From: Patescibacteria group bacterium
GTDB lineage: Bacteria > Patescibacteriota > Patescibacteriia > UBA9570
DNA: 64,000 nucleotides
NCBI GenBank assembly: GCA_041665365.1
Contig: JBAYIY010000006.1
Span: forward strand, 19,602 to 83,601
Direction of reading: 5' to 3'
Shown: positions 20,812 through 30,525 of the stretch, piece by piece
Layout of the letters: each line of letters opens with the position of its first letter
Position numbering within the stretch: the stretch's first letter is position 1
Translations under genes and position numbers: made by a program
Notes under the pieces: generated by a model
What the model was told of the DNA's origin: nothing
The model's input: only the letters and a program-made list of their open reading frames with translations
Database searches by the model: none

Positions 20812-20837
20812 TAATTAAAGACGCGCCTATTATATGC

Positions 20838-22031
20838 CTAGCTATTATATTCTGCAAGGGCTAATTTTATTAGTTCTAATGATCTCTTTAAAGCAGTAGT
20901 GTTTAACATGAAAGCTAACCGCACTTCTTTTTTACCTTTACCCGGAGTAGCGTAAAAACCAGCGGCTGGTGCTAATAGAACAGTTTCATTATGATCCTGG
21001 AATTCATTAATCATCCAAGCGGCAAAGTTATCGGCATCATCAATCGGTAAACCAATAATGATATAAAAAGCTCCTTCTGGTTTGGAAAAAGTGATGTTAG
21101 GAATCTTTTTTAAACCTTGGTACACCACCTCACGTCGCTTTCTAAATTCTTTAGTCATGATGCTGGTGTATTTTTTTGGATTCTGTAATAACGGTATTAA
21201 AGCCAGTTGTTCAATCGAGGCGACTGATAATCTAGCCATGCCCATTTTTAACACAGCGGCAATTACCGCTTTGTTTTTTGAAGCGACTGTCCCGACCCGC
21301 GCCCCGCACACATTAAATCGTTTTGACGCACTATCTAACACCACGGCTTGTTGCTGAATCTCTTTAAACTCCATGATCGAATAACATTTAGATTCAAAGG
21401 CAAACTCACGATAAACTTCATCCGATAAAATAAATAAACCATGCTGCTTAGCTAACTTAACTAAGCGACCTAATTCTTGTTTTGAAAAAATTGTTCCAGT
21501 CGGATTAGATGGATTACAAATCAAAATGGCTTTAGTTTTTTTAGTAATGACTTTTTTTATCTCTGCATCGGTTGGTAAGTGAAAGCCGTTTTTGATATCC
21601 AAAGTAACTGGTTTTAATGTCACATTAGCCAGCGCGGCAAAACTATTATAGTTAGTATAAAATGGTTCAAATACTATTACTTCATCACCCGGATCACAGA
21701 CTGCTTCTAAGGCAAAAATGATACCTTCTGATCCACCGGATGTAATAATAATATCTTCCGGTTCAAATGGGATATGATTCTTTTTATAATACACACTCCA
21801 GGCTTCTAAGGCTGGTTGTAAACCATTCGATGGCGCATAAGACAAAGTCGGCTCAGAGTATTGTTTGATCGCTTTAAACACATCCGGATGAGTGGGTAAA
21901 TCCGGTTGACCAATATTTAAGTGATAAACTTTGATTCCTTTTTTCTTGCGCGCCTCAGCGGCGGCGGCTAGTTTACGTAAAGGTGACGCTTGTAAGTTTG
22001 TACCACGTGTCGAAATATTTGGAATACTCAT
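20838..22031 (-). CDS. Class I/II PLP-dependent aminotransferase (aspartate/aromatic aminotransferase-like)
   Basis: 397 aa; SASKRFNVCGARVG (SxSK..G.R.G) motif. AT-rich codon usage, so native. Confidence 0.8.
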   Translation of the reverse strand: MSIPNISTRGTNLQASPLRKLAAAAEARKKKGIKVYHLNIGQPDLPTHPDVFKAIKQYSEPTLSYAPSNGLQPALEAWSVYYKKNHIPFEPEDIIITSGGSEGIIFALEAVCDPGDEVIVFEPFYTNYNSFAALANVTLKPVTLDIKNGFHLPTDAEIKKVITKKTKAILICNPSNPTGTIFSKQELGRLVKLAKQHGLFILSDEVYREFAFESKCYSIMEFKEIQQQAVVLDSASKRFNVCGARVGTVASKNKAVIAAVLKMGMARLSVASIEQLALIPLLQNPKKYTSIMTKEFRKRREVVYQGLKKIPNITFSKPEGAFYIIIGLPIDDADNFAAWMINEFQDHNETVLLAPAAGFYATPGKGKKEVRLAFMLNTTALKRSLELIKLALAEYNS

Positions 22032-22037
22032 ATTTTT

Positions 22038-23027
22038 TTATGATCTTATAAAATGTTCATTTGATGATACTTTCCAATCTTGATTAACTGACACATTCTT
22101 CCCATCTTTTGTACCTAAATATGTGTAACACGCCAAGGCGGCTTTACATCCTTCACCGGCGGATACTACTACTTGTTTACAATTACTCGTCGTCACATCT
22201 CCAGCCGCAAAAATTCCAGTTTTTGAAGTTCGACAATCTGCCGTCACAATCACTTCATGTTTTTCACTCATATCTACCAACCCATCCAAAAAATTAGTCT
22301 TAGACATAAACCCAGCGTTAATACACACTGCATCTACCACAATAGTCCGCTCAGCTTTCCCTTCTTGTTGTACAACTATGCCGGTAACATTATTTTCACC
22401 AGCAATTTGTTTTAATTGGGCATTCAATACTTGGGTGACATTTTTACATTGCGCCATGGTTTCTAACAAAACAGCTTCAGCGCGAAATTTATCCCGACGA
22501 TGAACCAAATACACTTGCTTAGCTACAGCGGCTAATACATTCACTGATTCAATGGCAGAGTTACCACCGCCAATCACCGCGACAGTTTTTCCACGTAATG
22601 TATCGACTACAGCGGCAGCACTATAAGTTACACCTTTACCAACTAGTTCCGCCTCACCCGGTACATTCAAACTACGCGGTGTTAAACCAAAGGCTAAAAT
22701 AATACTGCGTGTTTCTATTTGTTCAGTATTGTAATCTACAATAAATTTATCCTCAGCTTGTTGTGTAATTTTGTGTACTTCCCCTAACTTAAATTCTGCA
22801 CCAGATGAAACTGCTTGATCACGAAACTTTTTCATTAACTCAAAGCCATCAATGGCACCAACCCCAGGATAATTTTCTATCACCGATGTGGTGGCGGCTT
22901 GCCCACCTAGATCTTTGGAAATTATGACAGTACTTAAATTACGCCGCGCGGTATACAAAGCGGCGGTGAGCCCTGCTGGACCACCGCCGATTATTACTAC
23001 ATCATACTGTTTATCAGATGAGGCCAT
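22038..23027 (-). CDS. Thioredoxin-reductase-like FAD/NAD(P)-binding oxidoreductase lacking the CxxC redox disulfide (ferredoxin-NADP reductase type 2 / YumC-like)
   Basis: DVVIIGGGPAGLTAALY and GKTVAVIGGGNSAIE motifs. The position of CATC is replaced by AAAV (GVTYSAAAVVD). Confidence 0.65.
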   Translation of the reverse strand: MASSDKQYDVVIIGGGPAGLTAALYTARRNLSTVIISKDLGGQAATTSVIENYPGVGAIDGFELMKKFRDQAVSSGAEFKLGEVHKITQQAEDKFIVDYNTEQIETRSIILAFGLTPRSLNVPGEAELVGKGVTYSAAAVVDTLRGKTVAVIGGGNSAIESVNVLAAVAKQVYLVHRRDKFRAEAVLLETMAQCKNVTQVLNAQLKQIAGENNVTGIVVQQEGKAERTIVVDAVCINAGFMSKTNFLDGLVDMSEKHEVIVTADCRTSKTGIFAAGDVTTSNCKQVVVSAGEGCKAALACYTYLGTKDGKNVSVNQDWKVSSNEHFIRS

Positions 23028-23949
23028 CTAAAGCAGCTTTAAGATCTGCTTTTGTCTGCATCCCAATCATCTGTTGCACTGGTTTACCATTCTGGAAAAA
23101 AATTAGTGTTGGAACAGACATCACTTGATACTGCGCAGGTGTGCTTTCATTTTCATCCACTTCCATTTTACCAATCTTCACAGCCTTGCCTTTATACTCT
23201 TCGGCTAATTCCTCAATTAAAGGACCAAGCAATTTACATGGACCACACCAACTCGCCCAAAAATCAACTAGTACCGGAACGTCAGATTGCAGAACCTCCT
23301 GTTTAAAATTTGCGTCTGTAAAAGCTTGTGCCATAGAAGCAGTATATAATGCCCGTCCTAATCTTACAATAGTTGCCCCCTCGGCCACTGCTATCGACCA
23401 ATCGTCTGACATACCCATTGATAATTCAGGTAGCTTATACTGTATTTGAAGCTGCTTCATGGTTTTAAAATCCTGTCTGGTTTGTTCAGGTGACTGTTTA
23501 GCGGTAATTGTCATAAGACCGGATAGTTGGAGATGTTGGAATTGCTCGAATTGCGGGATAATGTGGGGAAGTTGTTCGAGGAGAAAACCATATTTATTAG
23601 AATCACGACTTATATTGACCTGAAGAAATACGGGCATGATTCTTTTAAGCTCACTGGCTGCCTGGTTAATAGCTTGAGCCAAGTTTAAAGTATCAACTGT
23701 TTCAATAACATCAAAAGCCTCAACGACTGGTTTAGCTTTATTAGTCTGTAAGTGTCCTATGAAGTGTTTTTCAATATTAGTAGGCAGAAATGGCAGTTTA
23801 CCTTTGGCCTCCTGCCAACGATTTTCTCCAATTAATGTTATGTCATAGTGCTTGAGGATCGATAAAATACGTTCTACAGAAATGTTTTTGGTTACGGCCA
23901 TGATTCTGTATTTATTGTGAGACTCTTTAATATGTGTAATGTTAGGCAT
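23014..23949 (-). CDS. Fusion protein: YggS-family PLP-binding domain with C-terminal thioredoxin domain
   Basis: N-terminal part (LIGENRWQE, IGHLQTNK, SMGMSDDW) matches YggS/alanine-racemase-N-terminal fold. C-terminal part (VLVDFWASWCGPCK...VPTLIFF) is a canonical thioredoxin with WCGPC. Confidence 0.65.
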   Translation of the reverse strand: MPNITHIKESHNKYRIMAVTKNISVERILSILKHYDITLIGENRWQEAKGKLPFLPTNIEKHFIGHLQTNKAKPVVEAFDVIETVDTLNLAQAINQAASELKRIMPVFLQVNISRDSNKYGFLLEQLPHIIPQFEQFQHLQLSGLMTITAKQSPEQTRQDFKTMKQLQIQYKLPELSMGMSDDWSIAVAEGATIVRLGRALYTASMAQAFTDANFKQEVLQSDVPVLVDFWASWCGPCKLLGPLIEELAEEYKGKAVKIGKMEVDENESTPAQYQVMSVPTLIFFQNGKPVQQMIGMQTKADLKAALDGLI

Positions 23950-23985
23950 TTATTTGTAATAGATATATTGAATCAATCATCGTGT

Positions 23986-24040
23986 CCATGTGTTCCATGC
24001 AGTGGACGAATAATATTCGTCCACTGCATGGAACACATGG
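23986..24040. repeat. Family-B palindrome, 55 bp perfect (CCATGTGTTCCATGCAGTGGACGAATA-A-TATTCGTCCACTGCATGGAACACATGG)
   Basis: Read directly. Immediately upstream of RAYT copy 2. Confidence 0.9.
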
Positions 24041-24115
24041 TTACACACATGCATCCACACAATTTTATCAAACATACGTTACCATATCCCCCATTATTGT
24101 TCCACGTGGAACAAT

Positions 24116-24750
24116 TTGACAGCACCGTGTTTCTACGATACATTCACCAAAGAAAAGCGCCCGCCTATTTGGGGCGTTTTTATGTATCAACCAAAAATCA
24201 GAAAACAATTACGCCTTAATGGTTATGATTATTCATCATCTGGTTGTTATTTTATTACGATTTGCACTCGTTTTATGCAACATTGGTTTGGTGAAATTAA
24301 TAATCGTAAGATGAATCTCAATACATATGGAAAAATTGCACACAACTATTGGCTCGAAATTCCAAAACATTATACAAATGTTTCAATTGATGAATTTGTC
24401 ATCATGCCGAATCACATACATGGAATCATTGTCATTAAACCGTCGGTTAACGAACGAATTGGAGGAGTGGACGAATAATATTCGTCCACTCCTCCAATTC
24501 GTTCGTCCATCAATGTTGCCCGCACATGTACATCCACAACATATAATTCCGCATCCCCGAATTACGGATTAATATCCAAAATTGTAAAATCATACAAACA
24601 TGTTGTCACACGAACAATGAAATTAACGAACTCATGTGCGCAATTTTCCTGGCAACGCTCATATTACGATGATATTATCAGAAATGACCACCATTTTAAT
24701 AATGTTCGTAAATACATCCATAACAACCCAATTAAATGGAAACATTAATT
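24116..24750 (+). pseudogene. IS200/RAYT-like HuH-Y1 transposase, copy 2, disrupted by a palindrome-borne stop and a frameshift
   Basis: N-terminal part YFITICT...FVIMPNHIHGII ends at a TAA inside the family-B palindrome 24450..24506. Homology to copy 1 continues in another frame (SMLPAHVHPQHII) and then a third frame (SKIVKSYKHVVTR...RSYYDDIIRNDHHFNNVRKYIHNNP). Confidence 0.6.
24450..24506. repeat. Family-B palindrome, 57 bp perfect (ACGAACGAATTGGAGGAGTGGACGAATA-A-TATTCGTCCACTCCTCCAATTCGTTCGT)
   Basis: Read directly. Lies at the same relative position (after the KPS motif) as the palindrome inside RAYT copy 1. Confidence 0.9.
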
Positions 24751-24806
24751 CTTTGTGGATTTATTCACCGAAGCTCACTGACGCCGAAGGCTAAGGTGAA
24801 CGAAGG

Positions 24807-24879
24807 TGGACCTGAGCGGACTCGAACCGCTTACCTCAGCAATGCGAATGCTGCGCTCTACCAGATGAGCTACAGGCCC
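24807..24879 (-). tRNA. tRNA-Ala (CGC)
   Basis: Reverse complement gggcctgtagctcatctggtagagcgcagcattCGCattgctg...ggttcgagtcc...caggtcca; G3:U70 pair present. Confidence 0.75.
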
Positions 24880-24885
24880 AAATAA

Positions 24886-24959
24886 GTGGACCGACGGGGA
24901 TTCGAACCCCGGACCTTTCCCATGCCATGGGAACGCTCTACCAACTGAGCTATCGGCCC
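24886..24959 (-). tRNA. tRNA-Ala (GGC)
   Basis: Reverse complement gggccgatagctcagttggtagagcgttcccatGGCatgggaa...ggttcgaatcc...tcggtcca; G3:U70. Confidence 0.7.
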
Positions 24960-24960
24960 T

Positions 24961-25030
24961 TAAGCGAAACAATCTACCAACTGCCTGTCCGCCAAAGCTC
25001 GAGTCTTCGAGAGCGTCGGCGGAAGCTATC
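24961..25030 (-). pseudogene. tRNA-derived fragments (scrambled partial tRNA-Ala-like segments)
   Basis: Contains ggggccgatagct and cagttggtag pieces matching the adjacent tRNA-Ala. No complete cloverleaf. Confidence 0.35.
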
Positions 25031-25109
25031 GGCCCCTACAAAAAGGATCATTTATCTAAACCTTGAGGACTATATACCAACTTACTAAAAAGATCAAATG
25101 TACTGCCTG

Positions 25110-25181
25110 TGCCCCAGAAGAGAATCGAACTCCCATCTCTCCCTTAGGACGGGATTGCTCTATCCATTGAGCTACTGAGGC
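25110..25181 (-). tRNA. tRNA-Arg (CCT)
   Basis: Reverse complement gcctcagtagctcaatggatagagc...tccc gtCCTaa ggga...gggagttcgattctc...ctggggca. Confidence 0.65.
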
Positions 25182-25417
25182 TAATATTAGAATATTAATT
25201 GCGTCGCAAAACTATTCTAGGAAATTAACCTATGAAATAAGTCTTTTGAAAACTGCCCTAATACATTTGTCTTACTGTCATACACGTATAACCCAACGAC
25301 ACTGCTTAAGACAATCGTCAAAATTATTGTGTAGACCACTAGATCTTTTTTCATTGCCCTATTCTAGCAATGTTATGCACAGTAGACAACGTCTCTAGAT
25401 TAAGATATACAGAACAC

Positions 25418-25789
25418 ATGTCTAAATTTTTTAATAATAATGAAGTTGATATGGATGCACAACCTAGTACCGTCATCGGTGATGGCGTCAAAGTCGAAGG
25501 AAAATTTACTGGTAACGGCCCCATCACAGTTCTGGGTGAGGTTGTTGGCACCTTAAGTACAAAAGATGATTTGTTAGTTGAAGACAGCGCCAGAATAGAG
25601 GCCGATGTTGAAGCCAACAATATCACTTTAGCGGGTGAAATTAAAGGTAATGTTTTATGCCATGGAAAATTGCATATTATGGCGTCTGGAAAAGTTTTTG
25701 GCGATGTCACAACCAATATTTTATCCGTAGAAACTGGAGCTATTTTGAAAGGTCAATGTACTACTGGTGCAGATAGCCAAACTGCTTAG
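25418..25789 (+). CDS. Bactofilin family cytoskeletal protein
   Basis: Beta-helical repeat pattern VIGDGVKVEGKFTGNGPITVLGEVVGTL...ITLAGEIKGNV...GKVFGDVTT typical of the bactofilin (DUF583) domain. Confidence 0.65.
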   Translation: MSKFFNNNEVDMDAQPSTVIGDGVKVEGKFTGNGPITVLGEVVGTLSTKDDLLVEDSARIEADVEANNITLAGEIKGNVLCHGKLHIMASGKVFGDVTTNILSVETGAILKGQCTTGADSQTA

Positions 25790-25794
25790 GAATT

Positions 25795-26517
25795 ATGTTC
25801 TTTTATCTGTACGATAATTTCGTACTTGATAAAAAATATACCGGGATCTTGGATCACATGGAAGCTAGGGTGATTGAGCTTGGTATTAACGGCCGGGTTG
25901 AGAAGCTGTTGCCTTTGCGCAACATGAAGGAGTTGATTGAACACGGTATCAAACAAGGTGCTCATACTGTTGTAGTAGTTGGTAATGACCACACTTTTTT
26001 ACGCGCCTTACAAGTGGTGGCCCAGTATGATTGCAGTATGGGATTTTTACCCTTTGGTGAAACTAAGCTCGGTGCCTGGTTCGGGGTAACTGATGCACTT
26101 GATGGTTGTGATACATTATCGCGCCGCATTACTAAACAACTCCCACTCGGCAAAGCTAATCAAATATATTTCTTAATCACTGCTACAGCAATATTGCCAA
26201 TAAACACCCAGCTAATGTGCAATAATAAATGGACAATCAGTACTCAAACTGAGGCAGTTGCTTGCTCAATTACAATATTTGATCAAACGCATATTAAGTT
26301 GTTTATTAAACCGATCGGCCAAACTGGGGGATTGTTCCGAAAAGCCAAGACCTATCATCCCACCGAGCTGGTGGTTGAACGCCTAGCCTTGGAGCACCCT
26401 GGACAATCTCTGCCCGTTACATTAGATGGTGTCACCGTTGTCAAAACTCCAGTAATAATAACAGCTAAACCTAAGGCTATAAAAGTTATCGTTGGCAAGC
26501 ACCGTCAATTGACATAA
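25795..26517 (+). CDS. Hypothetical protein with degenerate diacylglycerol-kinase/NAD-kinase-like catalytic domain
   Basis: HTVVVVGNDHTF at the position of the GGDGT motif. Confidence 0.35.
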   Translation: MFFYLYDNFVLDKKYTGILDHMEARVIELGINGRVEKLLPLRNMKELIEHGIKQGAHTVVVVGNDHTFLRALQVVAQYDCSMGFLPFGETKLGAWFGVTDALDGCDTLSRRITKQLPLGKANQIYFLITATAILPINTQLMCNNKWTISTQTEAVACSITIFDQTHIKLFIKPIGQTGGLFRKAKTYHPTELVVERLALEHPGQSLPVTLDGVTVVKTPVIITAKPKAIKVIVGKHRQLT

Positions 26518-26546
26518 GCGCCTAAAATCGCTAGAGTAAGCCGACT

Positions 26547-28538
26547 ATGAATGTATCAGAAATCATTCGGGAGTTGAAGATGAATAAAGATGAATTTTTT
26601 CCGCTGGCGGTACAGCTTGGTTTTGATATTGGTGAACGTGCCATCAAGGTAGACGATCAAGTGGCTATTAAGCTTATTACCGCTATTAAAGGCCACCGCA
26701 AACAACAACAACGTAAAAGTTTATTTGCGCACGAAGAAAAGACAGAGGTTAAGACAGATTTAGCCACAGACACTGCCCGTGTCTTAGAGGTACCTGACCC
26801 CATTACAACCAAACAATTTGCTGATCTATTACACAAACCAGTCACCGATGTTATCAGTGTATTATTGCGTAATGGCATCATGGCAACAATTAATGAAAAT
26901 TTGGATTTTGTCACAGCTACAATTATTGCGGAAGATTTTGGCTACACCACACAAAAAGTTGCTTCCACCACGAATGCTCTTGAATTAGGCCGTGAAGAAC
27001 GCCTAAAAACTGCTCTAGCAGCCGATATTCAATCTAATTTACAATCCCGCCCACCAGTCATTGTTGTCATGGGTCATGTTGATCATGGTAAAACCACCTT
27101 GCTCGATGCCATTCGAAAAACCAACATTGCTGGCCATGAAGCTGGGGGAATCACTCAAACAATTGGCGCTTATCAAATTGATTACAAAGACCGTAGTATT
27201 ACTTTCATAGATACCCCGGGTCATGAGGCTTTTACCGCCATGCGCTCGCGTGGTGCCAATGTGGCCGATGTCGCTATTCTAGTGGTCGCAGCCGATGATG
27301 GTATGAAACCACAAACTATCGAAGCCATTGCTATATTAGAAAAAGCCAACCTGCCTTTTGTGGTGGCCATCAATAAAATGGATAAATCAGGGGCTGATAT
27401 TGAACGCGTAAAAAAGGAATTGTCGGAAGTTAATTTAGTACCGGAAGATTGGGGTGGAAAAACTATTTGTGTCCCAATTTCTGCAAAAACCAACCAACAT
27501 ATTGATGAATTGCTCGACATGGTGTTGCTCGTGGCCGACATGAATCAAACTAAACTACAAGCCAACCCAAATCGCAGTGCCGTCGGAACGATTATTGAAT
27601 CACGGGTTGATAAAGATTCTGGGGCTGTAGCTACTGTTCTGATTCAAACCGGCACTTTACATATTGGCGATATTGTTGAAGTTGGTGAGGTGGTTGGTAA
27701 AATCAAAGCCCTTTCTTCCTGGCGTGGTACCCCTTTGAAAACAGCCGTCCCATCTACGCCGGTAAGATTTTTGGGTTTAAAAAATGCTCCTGTAGTTGGT
27801 GATATATTAACCATTTGTACCGATCCTAAAGCTCTTAAACGGAAACAAAAAAAATCATACCAGAGTTTTGCCTACTCCCATCATAAAGCTGAAATTAATC
27901 AAACCGATAAACCCCGCTTATCCATTATCGTGAAGGCTGATACCCACGGTTCACTGGAAGCTCTGATTGGTGCTATTGATAAACTGTGTTTCAAAGATGT
28001 CACAGTTGATATTGTAAAACGCGGTTTAGGCGACGTTACAGAAAAAGATATCGATCAGGCAGTGGCTAGCAAAGCACGACTGATTGGTTTTAATGTTTCC
28101 ACCACAGCAGCGGCCGCTGCTTATGCGCTCGGCACACAAACAACCATTCAACATTTTACAGTTATTTATAAATTGCTCGAGTACATTGAACAAGAACTAC
28201 AAAATTTATTACCACCGGATATTTCGTATAATAAACTGGGTGAAGTGAAATTGTTAGCTATTTTCCGCGTCACCGGTAAGCATGCCATTGTTGGCGGCAA
28301 GGTTCAATCTGGTAGTATTCAACAAAGAGCCATTTGCAAAATTGTCCGGGCTAGTGCCACAGTGGGAGAGGCGACTATTACTCAATTACAAAGTAATAAA
28401 AAAGATGTCGCTGCCGTAGACAACGGTACTGAGTGTGGTCTAAAACTTGATACCACCATTACGCCTCTGGTTGGAGACATCGTTGAGGCCTACACCACTA
28501 GTGAAAAACCACGCGCTTTAGAAAAAATCATTGCTTAG
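26547..28538 (+). CDS. infB: Translation initiation factor IF-2
   Basis: 663 aa; G-domain VVMGHVDHGKTTLLD, DTPGHEAF, NKMD. Confidence 0.95.
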   Translation: MNVSEIIRELKMNKDEFFPLAVQLGFDIGERAIKVDDQVAIKLITAIKGHRKQQQRKSLFAHEEKTEVKTDLATDTARVLEVPDPITTKQFADLLHKPVTDVISVLLRNGIMATINENLDFVTATIIAEDFGYTTQKVASTTNALELGREERLKTALAADIQSNLQSRPPVIVVMGHVDHGKTTLLDAIRKTNIAGHEAGGITQTIGAYQIDYKDRSITFIDTPGHEAFTAMRSRGANVADVAILVVAADDGMKPQTIEAIAILEKANLPFVVAINKMDKSGADIERVKKELSEVNLVPEDWGGKTICVPISAKTNQHIDELLDMVLLVADMNQTKLQANPNRSAVGTIIESRVDKDSGAVATVLIQTGTLHIGDIVEVGEVVGKIKALSSWRGTPLKTAVPSTPVRFLGLKNAPVVGDILTICTDPKALKRKQKKSYQSFAYSHHKAEINQTDKPRLSIIVKADTHGSLEALIGAIDKLCFKDVTVDIVKRGLGDVTEKDIDQAVASKARLIGFNVSTTAAAAAYALGTQTTIQHFTVIYKLLEYIEQELQNLLPPDISYNKLGEVKLLAIFRVTGKHAIVGGKVQSGSIQQRAICKIVRASATVGEATITQLQSNKKDVAAVDNGTECGLKLDTTITPLVGDIVEAYTTSEKPRALEKIIA

Positions 28539-28541
28539 TTT

Positions 28542-28886
28542 ATGCCAAAACAACGCATGCGCCAAATCAATACCCAGCTGCGTGATTATTTCGCCACGGC
28601 TATTATGCGCTTAATTGAATTCCCTCAGGGTGTCGTAGTTAGCGTTACTAAAGTCCACACCACCGCTGATTTACATTACTGCACCGTGTATGTTTCGGTT
28701 GTTCCGGATAGTCAATCAGGTTCAACTTTACAACTGATTAAACGTCACTTGGTTGACCTAGTTGATGATGTGGCAGCTCGAATTACTTTTCGATCAGTGC
28801 CGCATTTTCGCTTTGTCCTAGATGACACAGAGAGGAAAGCCGTTCCCATTGAACAATTACTTGACAGCCTGCTTGAAACCCAGTAA
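28542..28886 (+). CDS. rbfA: Ribosome-binding factor A
   Basis: 114 aa, KH-like RbfA pattern; directly downstream of infB. Confidence 0.8.
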   Translation: MPKQRMRQINTQLRDYFATAIMRLIEFPQGVVVSVTKVHTTADLHYCTVYVSVVPDSQSGSTLQLIKRHLVDLVDDVAARITFRSVPHFRFVLDDTERKAVPIEQLLDSLLETQ

Positions 28887-28897
28887 GGTAGCGCGTT

Positions 28898-29875
28898 ATG
28901 TTTAACGCCATCCACACTGAAATTATTACAGCACTACAACAAGCCAACCATGTGTTGATTATCTCGCATCGCAAACCGGATGGAGATACGATTGGGGCCG
29001 GTCTGGCTATTCGTCATTACTGTCACTCCCTAAATAAACCGGTCCAAAACTATTGTCTTGATCCAGCGGCTGATTATTTTCATTTTTTGCCCGAAGCCAA
29101 TACTTTAGGCCCACAAAATAATGTCTGGCTAGATAAATCTATTGATGTAATTGTAGTAGTTGATGCTGGTGATTTAGGTTACGCTGGTGTCGCCGAACAG
29201 ATTGCCGGACTACCTCAGAAATATACTTTAATAAATATTGATCACCATGTTACCAATACTAACTTTGGTCAAATAAATTTAGTTGCTAGTACGGCTTCCT
29301 CAGCTTGTGAGGTGGTTTATCATCTTTTAGAAAGTGTCCGTGCGATTGACCATACCATTGCCACTTGTTTGCTAACTGGATTAATTACTGACACAGGAAA
29401 TTTAACCAATCTTGCTACAACTGCTAGTGCGGTACAAGTCGCTTCGAGGCTTGTTTCTAAAGGAGCTAATCTAGCACACATTACAAAACAGGCTTTGAAC
29501 CATCGTACCTATACCACCCTAAAATTATGGGGCAGGGCTCTCCAACGTCTACATGAAGATGCAAAAACAGGCATGGTTGTAACAACGTTGACTTTAGAAG
29601 ATTTACTTGACTGCCAAGCTGATGATGAAGACATCTCGGGCATCTCCAATTTTTTAAATGGCCTGGATCAATCTGCTGATAAGGCCATATTGGTACTTGT
29701 CCAAACGGCGCCTGATGTGATTAAAGGTAGTTTGCGCACCACTAATCCTTTACTCGACGTGACTGAGTTTGCTAAGCTCTATGGTGGTGGCGGCCATAAA
29801 AAAGCGGCCGGCTTCACCACTAGCGGAACGTTAACATTAACTCCAACTGGTTATGCCATCACCCCAAGCAATTAA
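28898..29875 (+). CDS. nrnA: DHH-family phosphoesterase (NrnA-like oligoribonuclease / pAp phosphatase)
   Basis: [14 protein letters not shown] (DHH motif I), NIDHH (motif III), GGGH C-terminal DHHA1 motif. Confidence 0.8.
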   Translation: MFNAIHTEIITALQQANHVLIISHRKPDGDTIGAGLAIRHYCHSLNKPVQNYCLDPAADYFHFLPEANTLGPQNNVWLDKSIDVIVVVDAGDLGYAGVAEQIAGLPQKYTLINIDHHVTNTNFGQINLVASTASSACEVVYHLLESVRAIDHTIATCLLTGLITDTGNLTNLATTASAVQVASRLVSKGANLAHITKQALNHRTYTTLKLWGRALQRLHEDAKTGMVVTTLTLEDLLDCQADDEDISGISNFLNGLDQSADKAILVLVQTAPDVIKGSLRTTNPLLDVTEFAKLYGGGGHKKAAGFTTSGTLTLTPTGYAITPSN

Positions 29876-30446
29876 CCTAATACCGTCAGTTATTGAAAAA
29901 TCCTTTGACGGTGAACGCGTCTATGATATTTATTCACGCCTACTAAAAGATCGCATTATATTTCTCGGTACCACCATTGACGATATGGTGGCCAATAGCA
30001 TTATTGCTCAATTATTATTCTTAGAATCACAAGATGCCAAGCAAGACGTTACCTTATATATCCACTCACCCGGTGGTTATGTCACAGCTGGTTTGGCTAT
30101 CTACGATACCATGCAGTACATAAAATGCGATGTCTCTACTGTGGTGATTGGTACGGCCGCTTCCATGGCCGCTTTACTCTTAGCTGGTGGTGCGACAGGT
30201 AAACGTTATTCCTTACCAAATGCCGAAATAATGATTCATCAACCATTGGGTGGGGCTGAAGGGCAGGCCTCCGACATAAAGATTCGCGCTGAACATATTT
30301 TGCGCACGCGCGATCGTCTAAACAAGATTTTAGCTAAACACACACAGCAAGAATTGAAACGAATCGAGGTTGATACTGATCGGGATAAGTTCATGAGCGC
30401 CGAAGAAGCCAAGAAATACGGCATTATTGACAAAGTGATTACTTAG
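29853..30446 (+). CDS. clpP: ATP-dependent Clp protease proteolytic subunit
   Basis: [25 protein letters not shown] (catalytic Ser), MIHQP (His). Confidence 0.9.
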   Translation: MPSPQAINLIPSVIEKSFDGERVYDIYSRLLKDRIIFLGTTIDDMVANSIIAQLLFLESQDAKQDVTLYIHSPGGYVTAGLAIYDTMQYIKCDVSTVVIGTAASMAALLLAGGATGKRYSLPNAEIMIHQPLGGAEGQASDIKIRAEHILRTRDRLNKILAKHTQQELKRIEVDTDRDKFMSAEEAKKYGIIDKVIT

Positions 30447-30525
30447 CTGATAAGGTAGATTTGTCGGGCGTGTCTGGTTCCGCGACGACATTGCTTAATT
30501 CGAACCCAACCTTAGGAAAAAATTT

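Noticed and set aside
24775-24972. 65 aa ORF on the minus strand
   Set aside because: It is entirely covered by the two tRNA-Ala genes.
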